Shown here: piece after piece, positions 26,831-32,582 of the stretch
Position numbering within the stretch: the first letter of the stretch is position 1
Layout of the letters: the number at the start of each line of letters is the position of its first letter
Assembly: GCA_045802765.1 (NCBI GenBank)
Contig: JBJMQJ010000501.1
Location: 1 to 32,582 of the forward strand
Length of the DNA: 32,582 bases
Reading direction: 5' to 3'
DNA from: Myxococcales bacterium
Lineage (GTDB): Bacteria > Myxococcota > Myxococcia > Myxococcales > 40CM-4-68-19
Made by a program: the position numbers and the translations under genes
The notes under the pieces: model-generated
What the model saw: the letters and a program-made list of their open reading frames with translations, nothing else
Told to the model about the DNA's origin: nothing
Database searches by the model: none

Positions 26831-28020
26831 TGAATCACTCCCAGCTGGCGGCCGATCTTGCCGAAGGCGGCGAGCGCGCGGTCCAGGTGCTCCCGCTCGT
26901 GCGCCGCAGAGATCTGCGTGCGGATACGGGCCTGGCCGCGCGGCACCACCGGGAAGGAGAACCCGATCACGTAGATCCCTTCCTCGAGGAGCCGATCGGC
27001 CATCGCGGTGGCGAGCCTGGCGTCACCCAGCATCACCGGGATGATGGGATGGCTGCCGGCGACCAGGTCGAACCCGAGCCTGGTCATCCCCGCGCGGAAA
27101 TAGGCGGCGTTGTCGCGCAGCTTCTGGCGGAGCTCGGCGGTCTCCTCGAGCATTTCGAGCACCTCGATGGACGCGGCGGCGATCGCGGGCGCCAGCGTGT
27201 TGGAGAAGAGGTACGGCCGCGAGCGTTGCCGCAGCCAGCCGACGACCTCTCGGCGCCCGGACACGTACCCGCCGCTGGCGCCGCCCAGCGCCTTTCCCAG
27301 GGTCCCGGTGAGGATGTCGATGCGGCCCATCACTCCGCACGCCTCGTGCGTCCCGCGCCCTTTGTCGCCGGTGAATCCCACCGCGTGCGAATCGTCGACC
27401 ATGACCAGCGCCTGGTGTTTCCCGGCCAGGTCGCAGATGGCCTTCAAGTTGGCGAGGATCCCGTCCATGGAGAAGACTCCGTCGGTGGCGATGAGGCGGA
27501 CGCGGGCGTCCTTCGCCTCCACCAGCCGCGCTTCGAGATCGGCCATGTCGTTGTTCGCGTAGCGCAGGCGGCGGGCCTTGGAGAGTCGGACGCCGTCGAT
27601 GATGCTCGCGTGGTTCAAGGCGTCGCTGATCACCGCGTCCTGCTCCTCGAGGACCGTCTCGAACAGGCCGCCGTTGGCGTCGAAGCACGACGAGTAGAGG
27701 ATGGTGTCCTCGGTGCCGAGGAATCGCGTGATGCGGGCCTCCAGCTCCTTGTGCACGTCCTGCGTCCCGCAGATGAAGCGCACCGACGCCATCCCGTATC
27801 CGTGCCGGTCGAGCCCGTCCTTCGCGGCCTTGACGATCCGGGGATGGTCGGCGAGCCCCAGGTAGTTGTTGGCGCAGAAGTTCAATACCTCGCGCCCGGC
27901 CTGCACGCGGATCAGCGCGCCCTGCGGACCCTCGATGACGCGCTCGCGCTTGAACAGCCCCTGCTCGTGCAACGCTTCCGTCTGCTGGTGGAGATGAGCG
28001 AGATAGGCGGCGGGTTCCAT
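26827..28020 (-). CDS. kbl: Glycine C-acetyltransferase (2-amino-3-ketobutyrate CoA ligase)
   Basis: [62 protein letters not shown]; adjacent to tdh. Confidence 0.96.
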
Positions 28021-28098
28021 GGCGCGCTGCCATAGCATGGGCCCCGGCGAGCGGCGAGGGCTTGCGCGACGCAGCCGATGCAGACGCGACGATCGCGG

Positions 28099-28536
28099 TC
28101 AGACGTACCGGTCGATGAACGCGTCCAGGTCCGCCTTGGGCAGCGCGCCCGCGAGGCGGCCGAGGAACAGCGGTCCGCGCTGGAGGAGGAGAGTGGGGAT
28201 CGATTGCACCTGGTGGATCGCGGACGTCCGCGGGTTCTCGTCGACGTTGAGCTTCACGATCTTCAGCTTCCCCTTCCGCTCCTTCGCCGCTTGCTCGAGC
28301 GTCGGCGCGACGGCGCGGCACGGCCCGCACCAGGGCGCCCAGAAGTCGACGAGCACGGGAATGGGGCAGTCCTCCACCTCGCGCTTCCAGGTCGCGTCGG
28401 AAACCGCGACCGGGTGGTCGGGAAAGACGCTCTCTTTGCAGCGGCCGCAGCGCGGGTCGTCGCGCAGGCGGCTCCGCGGGATGCGATTCGTCGCTCCGCA
28501 GCTCGCGCAGGGGTACTCGAGGCGATCGTCGTCCAT
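28099..28536 (-). CDS. trxC: Thioredoxin 2 (zinc-binding)
   Basis: N-terminal CASC...CGRC plus WCGPC active site. Confidence 0.9.
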   Translation of the reverse strand: MDDDRLEYPCASCGATNRIPRSRLRDDPRCGRCKESVFPDHPVAVSDATWKREVEDCPIPVLVDFWAPWCGPCRAVAPTLEQAAKERKGKLKIVKLNVDENPRTSAIHQVQSIPTLLLQRGPLFLGRLAGALPKADLDAFIDRYV

Positions 28537-28568
28537 CGCGATCTCGTAATCATCGGGACGGCGGGCGC

Positions 28569-28637
28569 AAGGCCTACCTCCCCGGCATGGCGTACGGCGA
28601 GCACTCGCTGCTCTCGGGCTTCCCGACCGGCACGTGA
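28569..28637 (+). pseudogene. Probable 3' remnant of an unidentified gene
   Basis: KAYLPGMAYGEHSLLSGFPTGT*: all 22 sense codons end in G/C. It has no plausible 5' body, because trxC starts about 30 nt upstream on the other strand. Confidence 0.4.
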
Positions 28638-28669
28638 CGGCCGGCGCGCCGGCGGGATATCGTGCCCCG

Positions 28670-30379
28670 ATGGGCCCCGCCGACGCCTACCTCGAGAAGC
28701 CTTGGCTCAGATTCTACCCGAAGGGCGTTCCCGAAACTGTCGAGGTGCCGCGCAAGTCGGTGCCGCAGGTCTTCGACGAGGCGACGGACCGCTGGGCGGA
28801 CCGCGCCGCGGTCGCGTTCTACGGGCGCGAGGTTACGTACCGCGAGCTGCGCGAAGGAGCCGATCGGCTCGCCGCCGCGTTCGCCGAGATGGGAGTGCGC
28901 AAGGGTGATCGCGTCGCGCTCTACCTGCTCAACTCACCGCAGTTCATCATCGCGTACTTCGCCGCGCTCAAGTGCGGCGCCACGGTGACGCCGATCAGCC
29001 CGGTGTACACGAGCCACGAGGTCCGGTACCAGCTCGAGGACAGCGGCGCGCGGGCCATCGTCTGCCAGGACATCCTGCACGACAAGGTGGTGAGGTCCGG
29101 CGCGCGGCTCGACCTGGTCGTGGTCACCAGCATCGGCGAGTACCTTCCCCCATGGAAGCGACTGCTGGGCCGGGGTCCACTCGCCAGGTTCTTCTCGGAC
29201 CTCGAGCAGGGGAAGCCCGAGGTTTCACCGGCGCCCAACCAGCACTGGCTCCAGGATCTCCTCCGCAAGTACCCGCCGCGGCCTCCCGACGTCGCGATCG
29301 ATCCAGACACCGACCTCGCAGCGTTGCCGTACACGGGCGGAACCACCGGGCACCCCAAGGGGGTCATGCTGACCCATCGCAACCTGGTGGCCGCGCGGAC
29401 GGTGGCGGGCGTGATCTTCCCCGGCCTCGTCGAGGGCGAGGAGGTCATCCTCGCCTTCCTGCCCTTCTTTCACATCTACGGGCAGGTCTCGATCATGCTG
29501 AGCAGCCTCGCGCAGGGTCACCTGCTCGTGCTGTTCACGCACCCCGACACCTCCGCGATCCTCAGCGCGATGGAGCGGTACAGGGCGACGGCCTTCTTCG
29601 GCGTGCCGACGCTGTACGAGTACCTGAAGGACCACAAGGAAACCGACAAGGTCGACTGGCGGCGGCTCAAGCTCGTCGTCTCGGGCGCCGACACGCTGCA
29701 CGAATCGACCATGCAGGGTTGGGCGCGCCGCACCAGCTCGCACATCACCGAAGGATACGGCCTGTCGGAGACCTGCGCGGCGAGCCACTTGAACCCCATC
29801 GGGCGCACCAAGCCTGGATCGTTCGGCTGCCCGGTGCCCAACGTCCTCGCCGCCGTGGTCGATGCGGAAACGCTGGAGTTCATGCCACCCGGCCAGACCG
29901 GGGAGCTGGTGCTGTCCGGACCCAACGTCATGAAGGGTTACTGGCGCCGCCCCGAGGAGACGGATCGCGCATTCGTCGAGCTCGCCGGCGTCCGTTGGAT
30001 GCGCACCGGCGACATCGTGCGCATGGACGACGAGGGATACTTCCACTTCTACGACCGGGCCAAGGACCTCATCAAATACAAGGGGCACTCCGTCTTCGCG
30101 AAGGACGTCGAGGAGGTGCTGTACGGCCATCCGCACGTCAAAGCGGCGGGCGTGATCGGCGTTCCCGATCCCGCGGTCGGCCAGCGGATCAAGGCCGTGG
30201 TGGTGCTGCAGACCGACGCGCGCGGGCGCGTCAGCGAGCAGGAGATCAAGGCGTACTGCCGCGAGCGCCTCGCGGACTACAAGGTCCCCCACGTGGTCGA
30301 GTTCCGCGGCGAGGTCCCCAAGACCGACGTGGGCAAGGTGTCGCGCCGCGAGCTGCGCGACGAAAACGCGCAGGCCTGA
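28670..30379 (+). CDS. Long-chain fatty acid-CoA ligase / AMP-binding protein
   Basis: YTGGTTGHPKG, EGYGLSET, RTGD, PKTDVGKVSRR; promoter-like GTGACG-N18-TATCGT-N6-ATG. Confidence 0.92.
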   Translation: MGPADAYLEKPWLRFYPKGVPETVEVPRKSVPQVFDEATDRWADRAAVAFYGREVTYRELREGADRLAAAFAEMGVRKGDRVALYLLNSPQFIIAYFAALKCGATVTPISPVYTSHEVRYQLEDSGARAIVCQDILHDKVVRSGARLDLVVVTSIGEYLPPWKRLLGRGPLARFFSDLEQGKPEVSPAPNQHWLQDLLRKYPPRPPDVAIDPDTDLAALPYTGGTTGHPKGVMLTHRNLVAARTVAGVIFPGLVEGEEVILAFLPFFHIYGQVSIMLSSLAQGHLLVLFTHPDTSAILSAMERYRATAFFGVPTLYEYLKDHKETDKVDWRRLKLVVSGADTLHESTMQGWARRTSSHITEGYGLSETCAASHLNPIGRTKPGSFGCPVPNVLAAVVDAETLEFMPPGQTGELVLSGPNVMKGYWRRPEETDRAFVELAGVRWMRTGDIVRMDDEGYFHFYDRAKDLIKYKGHSVFAKDVEEVLYGHPHVKAAGVIGVPDPAVGQRIKAVVVLQTDARGRVSEQEIKAYCRERLADYKVPHVVEFRGEVPKTDVGKVSRRELRDENAQA

Positions 30380-30389
30380 GCGCAAACCG

Positions 30390-31163
30390 ATGGCCGAGCC
30401 ATTCTTCCGGGTAGAGCACCTCACCAAGCGCTTCGGCGGCCTCACCGCCGTGAACGACGTCGGTTTCGAGCTGCGGCGCGACGAGATCGTCGGGCTCATC
30501 GGCCCGAACGGCGCCGGCAAGACGACCCTCTTGCGGTTGATCACGAAGATCCTCCGACCCGACCAGGGGCGCATCGTCTTCGCAGGCGAGGACATCACGG
30601 CGCTGCGGCCGTGGGAGGTGGTGGAGCGCGGCGTCGCCGCGACGTTCCAGACCACGCGGCCCTTCCGGCACCTTCCGATCGTCGCGAACGTGATGGTGCC
30701 GCTTCTGGCCCCTCGAGCGCGGCGCCGCGGCGAGTGGCTCAAGGGAGTGGAGGCGAAGGCGATGGACGCGCTGGAGTTCGTCGGCATCTCCGACATGGCG
30801 CTGGAGCCCGCCTCGGCGCTTTCCCAGGGCGACTTGAAACGGCTGGAGGTGGCGCGCGCCATCGCCACCGAGCCGGAGCTGTTGCTCCTCGACGAGCCGC
30901 TCGGCGGCCTGAGCCCCGCGGAGTCGGACCTGCTCGCCAGGTCGATCCGCAGGCTGCACAAGGGCGGCCGGTTCGGCCGGCTCCATTCGGAAGGCCCGGC
31001 GGTGTTGATGATCGAGCACAAGCTCAAGGAGCTGATGTCGATCGTCGATCGCGTGATCGTCGTCGACCACGGCGAGCTCATCGCCGACGCCTCGCCGTCC
31101 GCGGTGGTGAAGGACCCGAAGGTCGTCGAGGCGTACCTGGGGACGGCGCATGCCGCTGCTTGA
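30390..31163 (+). CDS. livG: Branched-chain amino acid-type ABC transporter ATP-binding protein (LivG-like)
   Basis: KRFGGL, GPNGAGKTT, LEVARA, LLLLDEP, IEH, VVEAYLG. Confidence 0.88.
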   Translation: MAEPFFRVEHLTKRFGGLTAVNDVGFELRRDEIVGLIGPNGAGKTTLLRLITKILRPDQGRIVFAGEDITALRPWEVVERGVAATFQTTRPFRHLPIVANVMVPLLAPRARRRGEWLKGVEAKAMDALEFVGISDMALEPASALSQGDLKRLEVARAIATEPELLLLDEPLGGLSPAESDLLARSIRRLHKGGRFGRLHSEGPAVLMIEHKLKELMSIVDRVIVVDHGELIADASPSAVVKDPKVVEAYLGTAHAAA

Positions 31164-31899
31164 GGTCGAGGATCTCGCCGTCCGCTACGACAAGGCCTCG
31201 ATCCTGAACGGCGTCTCGATCGCCGTCGACGCGGGGGAGTTCGTCGGCGTGGTCGGGCCGAACGGCGCGGGCAAGTCCACGCTCCTGCGCGCCATCTCCG
31301 GGCTGGTGCGCTTCGAGGAGCAGATGAAGCGGGGCACGGCCGGCGACATCGTCCTCGAGGGGCGGGTCCGATTCGCCGGCGAGCGCATCGATGCGCTGCC
31401 GGCGCACGAGATCAGGAAGCGCGGGCTGGTCCACTGCCCCGAGCGGCGGCGCCCCTTCCGGGAGCTGAGTGTGCTGGAGAACCTGCTCGCCGGCGCGCAC
31501 CTGTCGCGGAGCGCCCGCGACGACCAGCGGCGCCTGGAGAAGTGCTTCGCCCTCTTTCCGCAGCTCGCCGCGCGCAAGGAGCAGGTCGCCGGAACGCTCT
31601 CCGGCGGCGAGCAGCAGATGCTCGCCACCGCGCGAGCGCTCATGTTCGAGGCGAAGCTGCTCGCCATCGACGAGCCCTCCCTCGGCCTCGCCCCCCGGGT
31701 GCGCGAGGAGCTCTTCGCCGCCATCGGCCGGATCCACGCCGAAGGCATCCCCATCCTGCTGGTCGAGCAGGAGGTGGCGCAGGTCTTCAAGATGGCCGGC
31801 CGGAGCTACGTGCTGTCGCAGGGCCGGATCGTCGCCGCGGGAACGGCGGCGCACCTCACGGCAGACGAGAGCTTGCGCGCGGGGTACCTGGGTCTGTGA
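31150..31899 (+). CDS. livF: Branched-chain amino acid-type ABC transporter ATP-binding protein (LivF-like)
   Basis: GPNGAGKST, AGTLSGGEQQML, DEPSLGLAP, LLVEQ, YLG. Confidence 0.9.
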   Translation: MPLLEVEDLAVRYDKASILNGVSIAVDAGEFVGVVGPNGAGKSTLLRAISGLVRFEEQMKRGTAGDIVLEGRVRFAGERIDALPAHEIRKRGLVHCPERRRPFRELSVLENLLAGAHLSRSARDDQRRLEKCFALFPQLAARKEQVAGTLSGGEQQMLATARALMFEAKLLAIDEPSLGLAPRVREELFAAIGRIHAEGIPILLVEQEVAQVFKMAGRSYVLSQGRIVAAGTAAHLTADESLRAGYLGL

Positions 31900-32581
31900 G
31901 GGCCCGTGCCGGCGCGGCCGCTTGCGCGCGCGCGGCCGCGCGCACGGGCACGCCGCAGATGCGGCAGCTCGTCCGCCACGCGGCGCTCCGCTCCTTGCAA
32001 CGCGGGCACGGCGTTTCGATGCGGTCCCGGACCCACGGCGTCAGGCCGCGCGGCATGAAGAGCAAGACGATGAGCACGATGACCGCGAAGATGAGCAGCC
32101 GCAGCTCGCCGAACGCCGTGAAGCTGCCCAGCCACTCGGTCAGGGGATAGAGGACGAACACCGCCACCACCGGACCGTAGATGGTGGCGACTCCGCCGAA
32201 GATTCCCCAGATCACCGCCTGGAACGAGAGGCCGACTTCCAGCGTGGACGGACCAGCCCCGCGCATGAAGTGCGCGTAGAGCGCGCCGGCGATCCCCGCG
32301 GCGCACGCGGAGATGGCGAAGGCCGCCAGCTTGTAGCGCGGCGTGTTGATCCCCGACGCGCGCGCGGCTAGCTCGTCATCGCGGATGGCGTGCAGGACGA
32401 GGCCGAACCTCGAGTCGGCGATCGCCCACAACGCGTACACGAGCGCCAGCGTCGCCGCCGCGATGAGGTAGTAGTTGGCCGTACGCGAGGCGAAGATCGA
32501 GCGCACCCCGGAAACCCCGAGCTCGCCTCCCGAGCGTTCCGGGAAGGCGAACAGGATCCCCAGCGTGATGAGTGGGAACGC
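31856..32581 (-). CDS. livM: Branched-chain amino acid-type ABC permease (LivM-like), 5'-partial, with C-terminal zinc-ribbon
   Basis: Frame open to the window edge (AFPLITLGILFAFPERSGGE); AIRDDELAARASGIN, YKLAAF, AGIAGALYAH, GGVATIYGP, LFMPRGL, then CPRC-x9-CRIC. Confidence 0.88.
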   Translation of the reverse strand, partial: AFPLITLGILFAFPERSGGELGVSGVRSIFASRTANYYLIAAATLALVYALWAIADSRFGLVLHAIRDDELAARASGINTPRYKLAAFAISACAAGIAGALYAHFMRGAGPSTLEVGLSFQAVIWGIFGGVATIYGPVVAVFVLYPLTEWLGSFTAFGELRLLIFAVIVLIVLLFMPRGLTPWVRDRIETPCPRCKERSAAWRTSCRICGVPVRAAARAQAAAPARALTDPGTPRASSRLP

Positions 32582-32582
32582 C

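Overview
A GC-rich (roughly two-thirds G+C), densely coding bacterial window. Its gene repertoire suggests a soil Myxococcota/Deltaproteobacteria-like organism, but this is inference. It holds about 33 genes with 16 strand switches and no rRNA, tRNA, CRISPR, integrase or transposase that I can see. Recognisable genes: truncated TetR, LMW phosphatase + ATP-grasp ligase + polysaccharide deacetylase, Ski2-like DEAD/DEAH helicase, cupin, DUF885, cytochrome c-Vgb-like fusion, AAC(3)-family and GNAT acetyltransferases, di-heme cytochrome c lipoprotein, sohB, VOC, CocE/NonD hydrolase, orphan MacB-type permease, Zn-alcohol dehydrogenase, kbl-tdh, trxC, and an acyl-CoA ligase with a Liv-type ABC transporter. 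The most striking property is architectural. The window is a patchwork of 1-3 gene modules, many with a minimal leaderless-type promoter, and the spacers contain sheared pieces of former neighbour genes (Kelch tail, signal-peptide head, VOC tail, an unidentified tail) plus an in-frame ECF41 sigma::oxidoreductase deletion chimera. Best candidates for undescribed biology: a three-gene envelope operon (cupredoxin-like lipoprotein, 5-bladed propeller lipoprotein, putative beta-barrel), a stand-alone ZZ-like zinc finger, and a convergent LivM with a C-terminal zinc ribbon. All family calls are from motif recognition; no searches were run.
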